A stretch of 64,000 bases of DNA, taken from assembly GCA_951406725.2 (NCBI GenBank), contig OX597820.1:87172001-87236000 (forward strand), in the 5' to 3' direction. Below are positions 50,314 through 63,650 of the stretch, in pieces. The number at the start of each line of letters is the position of its first letter. The first letter of the stretch is position 1. A program made the position numbers and the translations under genes. Source of the DNA: Octopus vulgaris (Eukaryota). Under the pieces are notes generated by a model, which had not been told where the DNA came from, made no database searches, and saw only the letters and a program-made list of their open reading frames with translations.

Positions 50314-50987
50314 CCTTTCCTTGATATGGCCCAGGTCCCTAAAGACTACTACCTTGTGTGTAATTCTGTGTTATAGTTATAATGAAACAAAAATGAAAGT
50401 TAATAAATTAAATGAACACACACACACACGACCTTAATTCGGCTTACTACCCCAACTAGAACTTTAAGGAATTTATTGGAATACGCTACGTTGAAAACAT
50501 TCAGAGGACATCGACATTTTCCTCTTTTAAACTCCAAAAGTCTCACAATGACTACGAAAACTATGAGTTGTCCCTTTCTTTCTGTATCTAACCCAAGAAC
50601 AAAATAGTTATTTACACATTTTCTTTTAAATACATATTTAAAAACTACACGCGCACGCATGCACATGCATATGCGCGCACACATATGTATTCTCTATAGC
50701 CATATGTGCTTCGAGAACCATTGCTCCACAAGAGAACTTATTTCATGTTCTCTCGAAAGCTTATAATTTCTTTTGACGTCAACAACATAGCATACAATTC
50801 ACGCCGGTAAGAAAAAAAGTCTCTAAAATGGATAGAGAAATTCAAAGGATTGCTTTGGTCTAATGGTAGAACGACTGTCATGTTTACAGGATATGTGGGT
50901 TCGAATCCACGCGTAGCTTTCGATATTTTTCGTCCAAGAAAGTTCCTCCGTCCAATACTTACAAGCTGTTATTTATATCTTAACAAA

Positions 50988-51200
50988 AGCGGTGAAATGG
51001 CAGAAACGTTGTCCACGCCGGACAAAATTCTTGGTAGCGTTTCTTCTATCTTTGCGTTCTGAGTTCAAATTACACCGAGGTCTACTTTGCCTTTAATCAT
51101 TTCGGGGTCGATAAAATAAGTACCAAATGATTAGGGGTCGATATAATCGACTTAACCACTCCATTGAAATCGCTGGCCTTGTGCCAAAACCTGAACCCAT
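50988..51200 (+). mobile_element. SINE family A
   Basis: GCGGTGAAATGGCAGAAACGTT head plus core. Confidence 0.85.
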
Positions 51201-51568
51201 TATTTATATTTTAATGTACTTCCAAAAAAAAAAAAATGAATTATTTCACGTTCTTCCGAAATGCCGTAAATTCTTACGACGTAATACAGATAGATAGATA
51301 TTAGTATCAGTTACACAAACTAGACCATTGAAACCTCCTGCATAGAAATCTTAGCAATTTATTATTTAACCCTCCGGTCCTCTCTTAACTTCAATCATGC
51401 ATCGTAAAGTAATTATACGTTGGTTTTTTGATGAAAATATTGTATGCGAGAAAAGGCAACCGTCTCAAGTAAATTATATATGCATCTCGCAGCAGGCAGT
51501 CATATATTTACATTTATGTTTGTTCATGCAATAGATGCATACTGGCACACATATATACACGCGTTCAC

Positions 51569-51625
<57 letters not shown>

Positions 51626-51925
51626 GTGTGTGTACCTGCGTAGCTTGTATATATACATATGTGTGTGTGTGTGTGTGTGTGTGTAGAATGTGTGTGGAGC
51701 ATGTGTTTGTGTATGTATGTATATGATAGATCTGTGCATGTGTGTGCGTGTGTGCGTGTTTGTGTGTGTGTGCGTGTGTGTGTGTATGTGTGTGTGTGAT
51801 AGATGTGTGTATGCAGGTGTGTGAATTGACTGCCATCGAGGTTTCACCGATGAGCTTTGTCAACCAGTGAACATATAAACAATGTACGCTTCTTACATCT
51901 AGAAGTACTGAGCTAAGATGTAGGA

Positions 51926-52003
<78 letters not shown>

Positions 52004-52301
52004 TAGCAGCAGCAGCAGCAACAAGAGCAGCAGCAATAGCACCTCTGGTAAGTTAAATAATTTAAGATGTATTTGAATAAGATTAGCTGATGTAAATGAT
52101 ATTCATCATTAGAAAAATGAGAACTATAAAGATATAAAGATACAAAAATATACAGTCAACTTTTAGGATAACATACAAAGAATGGTGAGAAACGCAAATA
52201 GAGTCGGAGATCAGTGGAGAATGTTATCAAAAACTAAGATAGAATTTCTAACCAAAATTTGGGACTTGTGATGATATCTGAGAATCAAAGAAATGGCTAT
52301 G

Positions 52302-52344
<43 letters not shown>

Positions 52345-52503
52345 CAGCAGCAGCAGCAGAAACTTGCAGTCTACGTAGACTCCTTCTTAAACATAAATAC
52401 CACAAAATTTCTTTAACGTCATGATTTCGTACGCACCTGCCTATCTTTCTCACCACCAACCTACATGCATGTATATATGTATGTATATACGTATGTGTGA
52501 ATG

Positions 52504-52572
<69 letters not shown>

Positions 52573-52587
52573 ATATATATATATATC

Positions 52588-52618
<31 letters not shown>

Positions 52619-52622
52619 CTAA

Positions 52623-52750
52623 CAGGGAGATTCAAAAGTCGCCATACATAAGAACAATTTATTTTTTTAATAAAAAACAGTTTTTTTATTTAACTGTCTT
52701 TTATAAATAAAAAATTTTTTCCTATGTATGGTAACTTTTGACTCCCCCTG
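52623..52750. mobile_element. 128-bp Tc1/mariner-type MITE
   Basis: CAGGGAGATTCAAAAGTCGCCATACATAAGAA versus the reverse complement of the other end, CAGGGGGAGTCAAAAGTTACCATACATAGGAA. Confidence 0.8.
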
Positions 52751-52760
52751 AGTATGTATG

Positions 52761-52816
<56 letters not shown>

Positions 52817-52920
52817 CGTACGTATGCATACATACATACATACATACATACATACATACATACATACATACATGCATGCATGCATGCATGCATACATACA
52901 TACATACATACATACATACA

Positions 52921-52952
<32 letters not shown>

Positions 52953-53429
52953 TACAATTATACGTAATATGTTCAGAGTAATTCATATCTAAAATTGCAA
53001 GGCCTATAACCTGTATTTAAACTTAATGTGTTCTCCCGTTCGTATATTATAATTGTATCATGTATTCTTTTCTACTCTAGATACAGGGCCCGAAATTTTG
53101 TGGGAGGGGGCCAGTCGATTAGATCGACCCCAGTATGCATCTGGTAATTAATTTATCGAGCCCGAAAGGATGAAAGGTAAAGTCGACCTCGATGTAATTT
53201 GAACTCAGAACGTAAAGACAAACGAATTGTATCATGTATTATGAAACTCAAATTTGAATGTGGTACAAAGTAAATAGAGAAAAGAAAATAAAACATAAGA
53301 AAATATAAGAAATTTACTTGCACCACCTTACGTACGCTTCATTACTAGTTATATAATGCAAACTATATCTCATGATTCATTGTGTATAATACATCTCTGA
53401 CGATTATCATGTTACTAATAATTTCTCTA

Positions 53430-53737
53430 GTGGAGGCACATGGCCTAGTGGTTAGAGCAGCGGACTCGACGTCGAGGGATTGCGGGTTCGAATTTCTGAC
53501 CGGGCGATGTGTGTTTATGAGCGAAACACCTAAGCTACACGCGGCTCCGGCAGAAAGTAATGGCCAATTTCTGCTGACTCTTTCGCCACAACTTTCTCTC
53601 ACTCTCTCACTCTTTCCTCCTGCATCTTGCAGCTCACCTGCGACGGACCGGCGTCCCGTCCAGGTAGGGAACCTATACGCCAAGCAAACCGGAAAACTGG
53701 CTCTTATGAGCCAGGCGTGGCTCGAGAAGGAACAAAC
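53430..53737 (+). mobile_element. chimeric SINE (family C head/body, family D-type tail) with TSD
   Basis: 12-bp TSD AATAATTTCTCT at 53417-53428 and 53738-53749. Confidence 0.9.
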
Positions 53738-53867
53738 AATAATTTCTCTGTGTTGATGAACTATGCACAAGATTGTGCAAAATAGTTTGTCATGTTTTGC
53801 TTTGTCCCTTCTTTGTGTGTGTCTCTTTCTTTTCTCTGTCTGTCTGTGTGTCTCCCTCCCTCCCTCC

Positions 53868-53956
<89 letters not shown>

Positions 53957-54019
53957 AATGTGATATCTATATCAGTAATTCAGATCGCATTTAACAATCA
54001 TGTATATTAGATTAGACAA

Positions 54020-54520
54020 ACACGGTGTCTCAATTTACCCATTGATATTTCTTAATTATCAGAATAGATTTAAAGTAGGATAATGAAATTTGGCACACAC
54101 GTTCTAATGTAAATTATCAATCCATTACAGTAATTACATTTCAAAATGACCACCTTTCGCTTTGATCATAGCCCGTAAACAAGTGGTCACTGAGTTCAAG
54201 AGCACCGAATCACCTCTTCATCCAACTTGACCCATGAACACAGAAGGGCTTTCTTCAGATCTGACATCTTTGGATAGGAGTGAGCAGAAACATCACTCTC
54301 TAAGATGGACAAGACAGCAAAGTCCATGGGATTGATGTCAGGACTCGAGGGAGGCCATATTGTCTGGTCCAAAAAACCTCTTAAATGCTCTTTGCACCAC
54401 TTCTATGTCGTCTTGTGTGAAGATGTAACGGTCACCAAAGATTTCTATGACCCAGGGTAACACTTTCTCATTCAATATTTCCACATAAACTTCACTGTTG
54501 ACCTTGACGCCAGCAGGTTG
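54020..54520 (-). mobile_element. maT/DD37D-like Tc1-mariner transposase 3' fragment
   Basis: GVKVNSEVYVEILNEKVLPW...YIFTQDD...WPPSSPDINPMDFAV...KAKGGHFEM*. Confidence 0.85.
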
Positions 54521-54763
54521 CGTTTACGCATGGGGTGATTTTTTCTATGATATTTATCTTATTCTGCTACTGTGGATTCTTCTACTTTTGAGTTGCCAGA
54601 TATATTGGAGCAGAGATGGTATTTTTTTGCTTTTGGATACAAACGAATGCATGTATTGTGAATTCCGGATTTTATGAGCATAATATGTAAGCTCTTTATA
54701 GGTTATTTCAGTACCACATACCGTTGTTCCTATAACTTATATACAAGCGCCTTCGGATAGACA

Positions 54764-55985
54764 TCTACTATATATGTGGGAAATTCTGTCTGTGGGTGTG
54801 TTTGTTTGCGGAGTTGTTAGCTAACTCTTCCTACATCATTTTATCGATTTTAATGAAACTTGACACGTGAATAGAATTCATGTCTGGAAACATTATGGCA
54901 TACTCAGATTGTTGAAAAAGTCGATAATAGGTCCCCTGGAAGGGATCCCTATATATAACTAATATATTTTATTTTAACAGTCAAGGGAAATAACTTATTC
55001 ATTTTCCTTTATTATTTGGTATAAATTAAATTGAGTATGCTTATATCTTAGTATTTGATCTGTTAGAGTTATTTTCGCAATTTATCTAGTACAACCCTTA
55101 AACAAGCAAATAGTATTTTACTAAACAATAGATCCACTTATTTCGGTTAGTAACTTATTCGCGAATATACCATGAATGACGATGTCCTTCATGTCACTTC
55201 AGCCGATTGACAAGCGCTGCATAAAGAACTGTTCTGCTTTTAGACACAAGGGTCACAACTTGTTTACATGTAGGAACACCTTCTTGAAATCTAAATGTAC
55301 AACATGAAAATAGCCAGCGTATATATTTCACAGGAGACAATGCTCGAAACGTAGTTCTGAATCCATGAGTAACCACTTTGACAGCTTTCTTCAAATTATG
55401 CCAATGTGATCTGTTTGCCCGAACGCTGTTGTACAATACCTGGGCACACACTAGATGGAACAGACGCAAGCAAGAAACTCGCATTGACGGCTGGAAAGAA
55501 GATGCTGTCTTCAGAAGTGGGGCCATCGGGCGAGTATACACTGTGCACCCTAATCAGCAGGAGTGCGTCTTTTTGCATCTACTGCTACACACTCTCAGAG
55601 GCCCTACATCATTCACAGACTTTCGAAGACACAATGGGAAGTCTGCACGACCTATAGAGAAGCCTGCGCTAAACATAGACTACTGGGGGACGATGCTCCC
55701 AGGAACCAGACACTGGAAGAGGCAGCAGTCAGCACAGCACTAAGTCAACTGCGCCAGCTATTTTTTATCATGTTGATGACATGTGGCTTGCGTGAACATC
55801 ACAAGCTTTGGGCGATCCACAAAACCAGCATGGCAGAGGACATCTAGAAAGGATTCAATGGCAAACCTCAGCGGAAATTGCCACGTTCAATAACGCCATT
55901 TACAATGAGGCATTACTTGACCTGGACACCTGACTGCAAGCTATGGGAGGTCAAGGCAATTCCACATTTGGTTATTACATAACTG
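54764..55985 (+). mobile_element. Helitron 5' end plus RepHel coding fragment
   Basis: 5' TCTACTATA terminus; TTLTAFFKLCQCDLFARTLLY...IGRVYTVHPNQQECVFLHLLLHTLRGPTSF...TYREAC...LLGDD...TLEEAA...QLRQLF...LW...SMAEDI. Confidence 0.9.
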
Positions 55986-56089
55986 ACTTCACAATTTGGG
56001 TACTCATAACTTATTGGGAATTCCTAAAAAACAAGATCCTGTGTTAGACAGTATAATATTCTCTGTAAATGCACAAAAAACATTTTAAG

Positions 56090-57770
56090 GGCTACGTACT
56101 TTGTATTGTTGTTATTGGATTGGCGAAACAATTATGAGAACGGAACCAAGGGACATGCCCGGCTTTTTCCGGGATTTACTGAGTACGGGATTTACTGTAT
56201 TTCTGAAGCTGCATTCAAGTCGTTCGGGTAATTCTTTGACTTCTAAAGTACTGACTATGGAACCGAATTTGGGAGCGTATATTTTCTAATCAAACGTAGC
56301 AGGTTTGTATGCTGTTTTTAATTAAAAAGTAATTGTTTTTGTTTTAGCGTACATGGGATACATAGTTATATTCATACTGTATGGGGATTTGTGCCACTAG
56401 CTTGTTCCAGGGTGTGTTTGTTCATTTTTTTCCTTTTTTTAGAATCGACTAGTCAGTTTACGTACTTCAGTTCTTTAGTTCTTTATTAAAACCCACGTCT
56501 TGGTGATGCCGGGTTCTAAGGGAGAAGGCTTCGTTGAAAAATGCAGCGTTGTAATAGGAAAGACTTTGTTAAGCATTCTCCTGTAGAAAGAAAGATTCTG
56601 TTTTTTCCCTTGTATTGGTTACAAAGTCAGTTTTATGTGCGCGAAGTTTATATGTGCCGTTTCTAAATTTGGTCTGCTACAGGGATATTATTTTACTGTT
56701 TTTAAGTTTATTGTAATGTCTAGGAAATAGACAACGTTTAGGCTTAGTAGTCATGACTTCTAGCTTAAATTCTAATATGTTGATTAATGGAATTCTGAAT
56801 TTATATTTTGATCATCCAAATTGTAGGAGATGGTTAAAACAACATTCTATGTCAGTGTTATTTCAATGATTCTATGGTGTGTATATCATCTAACTAAGAG
56901 ATTCTACGCTATTCAAGCTCCCCTTAATTAGTAAAATATGAGCTACTTCCTTGGGTTCTTAATTAAGCTCATATTGTTATAGGTGATGTAGATGAAGGTT
57001 TTCTTCGAATACTATACTTTTTTTATGAGAAGTATTTTCGAAATCGACAAGTAAAATTCAGCTATGTCAAATTGGATAAATACAGCTGATGTTATTCACA
57101 GTCCATTTGAATCGCATGACCCCAATTCCATTGTGATAAATTCATATGGTCTAAGTTAGAAGTTTGCTTAACTCAAGTTATGTTTGCTGTTTATAAACAC
57201 ATTTTCTTGGCACGGTTTATTAGTTTGCACTTCAGATTGGATAGGAAGAGTTTTCATGTAATGTGAGGTTCATACGTAGAAAGGCATTTTACACAGAATT
57301 CCGTATTTAATTTTATATTTAATTATCTTATATCTAGCTTTCGCTTTGTTGTTTATTATGTGTTAAACATTAGTGACATTTTGTATGTTTTCTGTGATAT
57401 TACTTGATGGTAGTTTTCTATCTATTGTGTTGTCTAGCTCATATGAGTTATCACTTTTTCTTTGTCAACCAGCATACGTATCTGTTTGGTATTAATGAAA
57501 GATCATTTTCGAATTTGGCCGTCTGGGAATTTTTGTAAGCTATTAGTTGATTTCTGAATCTCAGCTTTTAATTAGGTTATTTAGGCCGCCCTTGGGATTT
57601 TCAAGGTCCGTAATTTGTAGATGGGCAGGAAGTTCGTTTGTTTTAATACCGAATTTGTTATCCGAGATGTATTTACACAGCTTCTATTGAAGATAGATTT
57701 CCGCTTCGTTCTTTCCTTTACATTTTTTGGTTTCCATATTCAGGTCCTTTATATATATACCATTTCTGAG
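56090..57770 (-). mobile_element. heavily decayed Penelope-like element (RT)
   Basis: KCKLINRAK, FIQFDIAEFYLSISKILL, VVYFLDITINL...RPN, WHKSPYSMNI, matching the PLE motifs RLINPAK, FDIxxFYPSI, FLDV and WFNPPYS. Confidence 0.75.
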
Positions 57771-58559
57771 GGTACTGTAACGTTTTAAGAGAGTGGCGGA
57801 GAGAGTGTTACTCCAGTTCTAGGTTTGTATATAACGCTTGAATAGACACAGATTACATATCTACTTTTGTTGTCACCTGGAGAGTTATATCGAGTGATAA
57901 AGACGCAAAAGAATGGAACACTAACTTCGTAAACTCTCACTAACTTCGTAAACAGACACACACACATACAAACATAGACATACACACATATATATGTATT
58001 ATGTATATGTATATATATGTAGGTATATAAATGTATATATATATATATATATATGTATGTGTGCATGTGTGTGTGTGTATGTGTGTGTGTGTTGTGTGTG
58101 CATGTATGTACATATGTACATGTACATGCATGTATGCATCTATGTATTGTGACTGAATACCGCATGAAACGTAGCAAATTTCAAGAAACCTGATGATCAA
58201 AATAATCAATGAGTTTGGAGGTGTTATGACGTCAAATAAATACCATGCACTGTTGTTCTACTGACTGCATCGTAGACCATTGTGAACATGATATATCATA
58301 TTTGTTACATATTCATTGTGCCTTCGTTAATCATCTACTGTAGCTGATTGTAGAAAAGTTGTGCTGATTTGGTGGTAAGGGTGGTAATGAAGATGGCTGT
58401 GGAAGCGGTGGCGGCGACAGCGGCGACAGCGGCGACTGCGGTTACGGCGACATCGGCGGCAGCGTCAGTGGTGGTGGTGGTGGTGGTTTTTGGAGATGAT
58501 GCGAAAAAGGTAATGACTTGGGTAGTGGTGTTGCTGATTGAGATGATGATGGCGATGAT

Positions 58560-59170
58560 ACGCCGTTGTGGAGAAGCAGTCGATGAATTCGGCCGGCATC
58601 TATTATTATGTCGCTCTGAATATCATAATTAGAAAAGATCCTCGACCCGGCTGGCTTCTCGTCACAACAGGAGCGAGAAGGTCGCGAATGCGGGGACGGT
58701 AAGCGCCCGGACAGAATAACCCTCTTCTCATACGAGAGAGACAGATCCCTAAACAGGGACGCGACATGCAACGACACGTTCTACGCCTCCAAACCCGGGT
58801 ATCGCCACCCGTAACACAGAAGAGTGAAAAATAAATTAGTATAGGAGCCTGGCTGGCCGCTATCAGTTTGTGCCGGTCGCCGTCATGATCTCGGGTGTTC
58901 TCGGACCATGCACTGCCGATTTCGTCCGCAAAATCGGGATACCTGCAACCCATCTGAAAAATGAAGCCTGCTAGGTGGAATGACTGCTACAGCGAGTGAC
59001 GTTGGCCATTCTCTGCGGGAACGCCATCACGGTCATGTCCGCTGGGCGCGGTTGAATAAGCCATTTGTTCTGATGTGTAGTTCCTCCCAGCCACCATTTT
59101 CTGCTGCTTAATCCTCTTTCTTTTTTCTTTCACTTTGTTCCCTTGTAATTAAATTGTGATACAATATTTA
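58560..59170 (+). mobile_element. CRE-clade non-LTR retrotransposon 3' fragment (zinc finger plus restriction-like endonuclease)
   Basis: RCGEAVDEFGRHLLLC, ALNIII, GDGKRPDRIT...DATCNDTF, YRSLAGRYQFVPVAV...GVLG...LLQRVTLAILCGNA. Confidence 0.85.
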
Positions 59171-59344
59171 TGTAAACAAAACTTTATAGTTTGGTAGCTT
59201 CACAGTACTTCAAAACTTCAGACTTTCCCATGCATCCTGTTTTGGTATAATCCATATCATAAATGTTTGGGAGCTTCACAGTAAAATTATGTTAAATAAA
59301 CGTGCATTTATAAAGCATTGAAAAACTCCTACCTAGATAAAAAA

Positions 59345-60262
59345 AAAATAATATATATATAGTTGAAATTTATAGAAAAACAAAAAACAGATGTATGAAC
59401 AACAAGCAGGTGTATTTGTTTTACGTTTCGAGGCTACGCTCTTCGACAGAAAGTAATAAGAGAAAATTAAGAGAGAGAATGAAAAAGAAACTTGTAGATT
59501 TAGCGGTCAAGCATGGCGAATGATTAGAAAAAAATTTGAAAGAAGAGGTTGGAAGAAAGGGGGATAATAAAGTGCTGGTGACGCCAAATGAAGGTGCACG
59601 TGCGTTGTGAGAATGATGTGTGTGTGAATGTGTAAGTGTGGGTGTGAAAAGGGGTGAATAACTTTGACGTGTGTGGTGTGTGCGTGTGTAAGTGTGTGCA
59701 TCTGTAACGTGTGGTTGCTCATATAGTGGTATGTGCGGTGATGCTATTGAAGATTTGTGTGGGTGTGTGGATGATGGTGTGTGGTGTAGGTGCTGGAAAG
59801 TGGTCAGTACTAGTGTGTGTGGAGTGGTGGTGTGGAGTGGAGGTGTGGGGTAGAGTGTGAAGTAAGGTGCGGTGCATGTAGGGGTAGTGTGGGGTGGGGT
59901 AGTATCAATGAAGAGAGGACGTGGGTAGGAGGGAAAATAGGAAGTAGGTGTCAGATGAAGAAAAAAGGTGAGTCAGATGAGAAGAAGAGGAGAGAGTCAG
60001 ATGAAGAGAGGAGGGGAGTTGAGCCCATTTTTTGCAAATGAGAACAGAGAAGATTAATTCCTGTTCACGGCGATGGCGGGAGTCCTGGTGGCCCCTGTCC
60101 AAAGACAGTCCGAACATAGACAGACGTTGTAGGGAATTACCGGTAGAGCGGAAATAGCGCGAGACCAGGAAGCCATTGCTCAGTCTGATGTTTCGGAGGT
60201 GCTCCGAGTACCGGTAAGCCAAGGAGCGATGTACAGGGAGGGGCAGAAAGAGCAGGAGAGGC
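59345..60262 (-). mobile_element. Penelope-like element 3' end (GIY-YIG, UTR, terminal repeat with hammerhead-like motif)
   Basis: CSFCPSLYI...LAYRYSEHLRNIR...VSRYF...RRREQELIF; CUGUCGAAGAG(CGUAGC)CUCGAAACGUA at 59419-59453. Confidence 0.8.
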
Positions 60263-60577
60263 AGTAAATCGACTCCAGTGTTTCATTGGTACTTAATTTA
60301 TCGACCCCGAATTTGAACTCAGAACATAGCGACAGGCGAAATACCTATTTCTTTACTACCCACAAGGGGCTAAACACAGAGAGGACAAACAAGGACAGAC
60401 AAACGGATTAAGTCGATTATATCGACCCCAGTGCGTAACTGGTACGTATTTAATCGACCCCGAAAGGATGAAGAGCAAAGTCGACCTCGGCGGAATTTGA
60501 ACTCAGAACGTAACGGCAGACGAAATACCGCTAAGCATTTCGCCCGGTGTGCTAACGATTCTGCCAGCACACCACCT
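60263..60577 (-). mobile_element. SINE family A composite, same junction as 745-1138
   Basis: GAAATACCTATTTCTTTACTACCCACAAGGGGCTAAACACAGA junction shared with 900-945. Confidence 0.88.
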
Positions 60578-61333
60578 TGCAACAAATTGATAATGATATC
60601 ACTAACATTAATGATATGGATTATACCGAAACAGGATGCATGGGAAAGCCTGAAGTTTTGTTTATGTTAAACTTGATTGAGAAAAATAAAACCTGATCAA
60701 CTCGTCTTTTTTGCGGTACCTAGAACTAAATTACATTAACTAGAACTACATTATCTAATGGTTTCCCCACCTAACTTTTTAAAGATGTTATGTTGTGATA
60801 TGAAGGACATTTTGCTTGTATTTCGTTGGTTCTAACTCGAAGTTCAATAGAAACATAATTGTTACTGATAGTGCTAATGATAACGATAACAATACCAATG
60901 CTACTACTACCACCACCGCAACTAATGCAACAACAACAACAACAGCAACAGCAACAGCAACAACAACTACGACTACAAAATTATGATGATGATGATGATG
61001 ATGATGATATATGATAATGATTTCGAATAGGTATAGAATATCTGGATGTGCGTCAGTGGCCGTAAGAGAATACATGAAAATGTCTATTGGCAAAGAAACA
61101 TGATATTATAATCATTCCTTTCAATTTAGTTGATTAAGTCTCTGTTAGGTTACCATTTCCAAATATATATTGTGAAAGACAAACACCCATTTTAGCACGT
61201 GAATTCTATGAAAAAAAGTGCACAGAATCATATATGTGTGCATGTGTGTGTTTGCGCGACGCGCGTTTGTGTGTGTGTGTGCTAGTGTATGAGTATATAT
61301 ATGTATACATATACATATATATATATACATACA

Positions 61334-61369
<36 letters not shown>

Positions 61370-61399
61370 TACGTACATATATATATATATATATATTAT

Positions 61400-61446
<47 letters not shown>

Positions 61447-61585
61447 GAACGCATCTCTACATCGAGATCAAACTGTGCTGGGTGAATTAGATTTAGAACG
61501 ATATTTAATACATACACTAACGAAATAGAGAAATAGAAGCCTTGATGTACACAAGCACACGCATGCACGCACACAGACGAACGAG

Positions 61586-61647
<62 letters not shown>

Positions 61648-61700
61648 TACATATATACATACATATATATACATATATATATATACTTATATATATATAC

Positions 61701-61769
<69 letters not shown>

Positions 61770-61889
61770 CCGAAATTACTACGATGATCCGGTTCTTGAC
61801 TGAAGACTGAGGGTTTCGAATGTCCTGTCCGTGTTTATTGTATCGTCTTCTAAGAGTTATACGTTCTTGTCCATGTTGTATTTTTCTAC

Positions 61890-61969
<80 letters not shown>

Positions 61970-62290
61970 TATATATTGTGGACACTCCTGTCGTAGACAG
62001 CAGATGAAGGCTTCGCAATTTCTTGCTGGACAGTCTGCCAGTCTGCATAGATGATTTGTTGAGAGTGATCACATATTTGTACTATATATTAACCCACTTT
62101 CTCCATAAAATCTACATTGTCTGTATAGGTTCACGGTGTGCCACATGTCAGATACTGAAACGGTCGCAGAACAGCTTGAAACGGAGTATTTTGTTCACGA
62201 AAACCACGCACCGAGCGGAAACTGCGATCTCTTGATCGTGAGGGCAACACGCTAACCTCTAGACCACGAGTTCTCACATCTCTCTATCTT

Positions 62291-62323
<33 letters not shown>

Positions 62324-62799
62324 TACCCACACACATAGTGCAGGCGTTGCTGCGTGGTAAGAAGTTTGCTTTCCAGCCACATGATTCCTGGTTCTGTTCC
62401 CCTGCGTAACACCTAGCGCAAGCGCTTTCTACCCCAGCCCTGGGCCGTATAAAGCTTTGTTAGTTGATTGAGTCGGCGGAAATTGACAGAAACCCGTCAT
62501 GTACGAGAGAAAGAAAATTAAATTCACGAAATTCTTTATTATTCACTACGATCGTTTCAACCCATCGTGCACCGTCACCTCACGAGTGAAATGCTATACA
62601 AACAAATCGCTTGGACTTTCATAAATATTTAGTAGGAAACAGGAAGCGCTACTTAAAAGACCTGATTTTGTGAACGCAAGCGATTTACCAACTTATTGAG
62701 TTAAAAAACCTAATTTACAGCATAAACCATAGTATCAATTTCACTATTGAATACAGTAAAATTCTACTATTCTTATATATTCTAATCATTACACACACA

Positions 62800-63650
62800 G
62801 AACATTGAAACAGACATTCATTACAAACCACCAGATTCTAAACAATACCTGCTGTTCTCCTCATACTATCCCAAACACACGAAGACTAATATTCCTTTTA
62901 ATCTAGCAAGAAGAATCTGTACAGTTGTTTCAAACGTTAATATTCGCAATAAAAGACTCCAGGAATTAAAACAATAACTACTCGAGAAAAAATATCCATC
63001 AAAGTTAATAGACAGCGGAATAGAACGTACCAAAGCAATAGATAATCAAGAATTACGAAAAACAAAATACACATCAGGTACACCCAAATTCTCTACGCTT
63101 TATTACAACACGCAACCCCCAAAACACACATTTTCCACTAGAACATTCCACTCCTGAGACAAGACCCAACAATGAAACGAGTACTTGAAAAACACAAAAT
63201 AATTAAAAGCAATAAACAATCAAAATCTGCTCACCAGTGCTAAATTACCCTCCTCAAGCCCCATACCAAACCAAAAGTGTGGCCGCCCTAACTCCATGGC
63301 CTGCATCAACCTCATTGAAGACAATAATTATAAATTTAAATGGGGACAGATAATTACTTTGACATGTTCGTCAAAAAATTTAATATTTGCTATGAAATGT
63401 AAAAGATGTAACGAAGATTACATAGTTCAAACAAAACTTACCCTTAGAAACATACTTACTATTCATAGAAAACAAATACGAGACCCTAGTACGAGGTAGT
63501 GGACACATAGACATATGAGCAAAAAATATGTCTCCCAGCTCCAAGTCTTCCCACTTTACCTTTGCTGCTAAGTCAATACCAGAGACCAAGCACGGATAAA
63601 CAAAGAAAATATATTCATATAAAAGTACAAACCAAGACTGAATAAACGTT
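62800..63650 (+). mobile_element. Penelope-like element RT C-terminus plus GIY-YIG endonuclease (decayed)
   Basis: ETDIHYKPPDSKQYLLFSSYYPKHTKTNIPFNLARRICTVVS; KCGRPN; TCSSKNLIFAMKCKRCNEDYIVQTKLTLRNILTIHRKQI; KYKPRLN. Confidence 0.9.
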
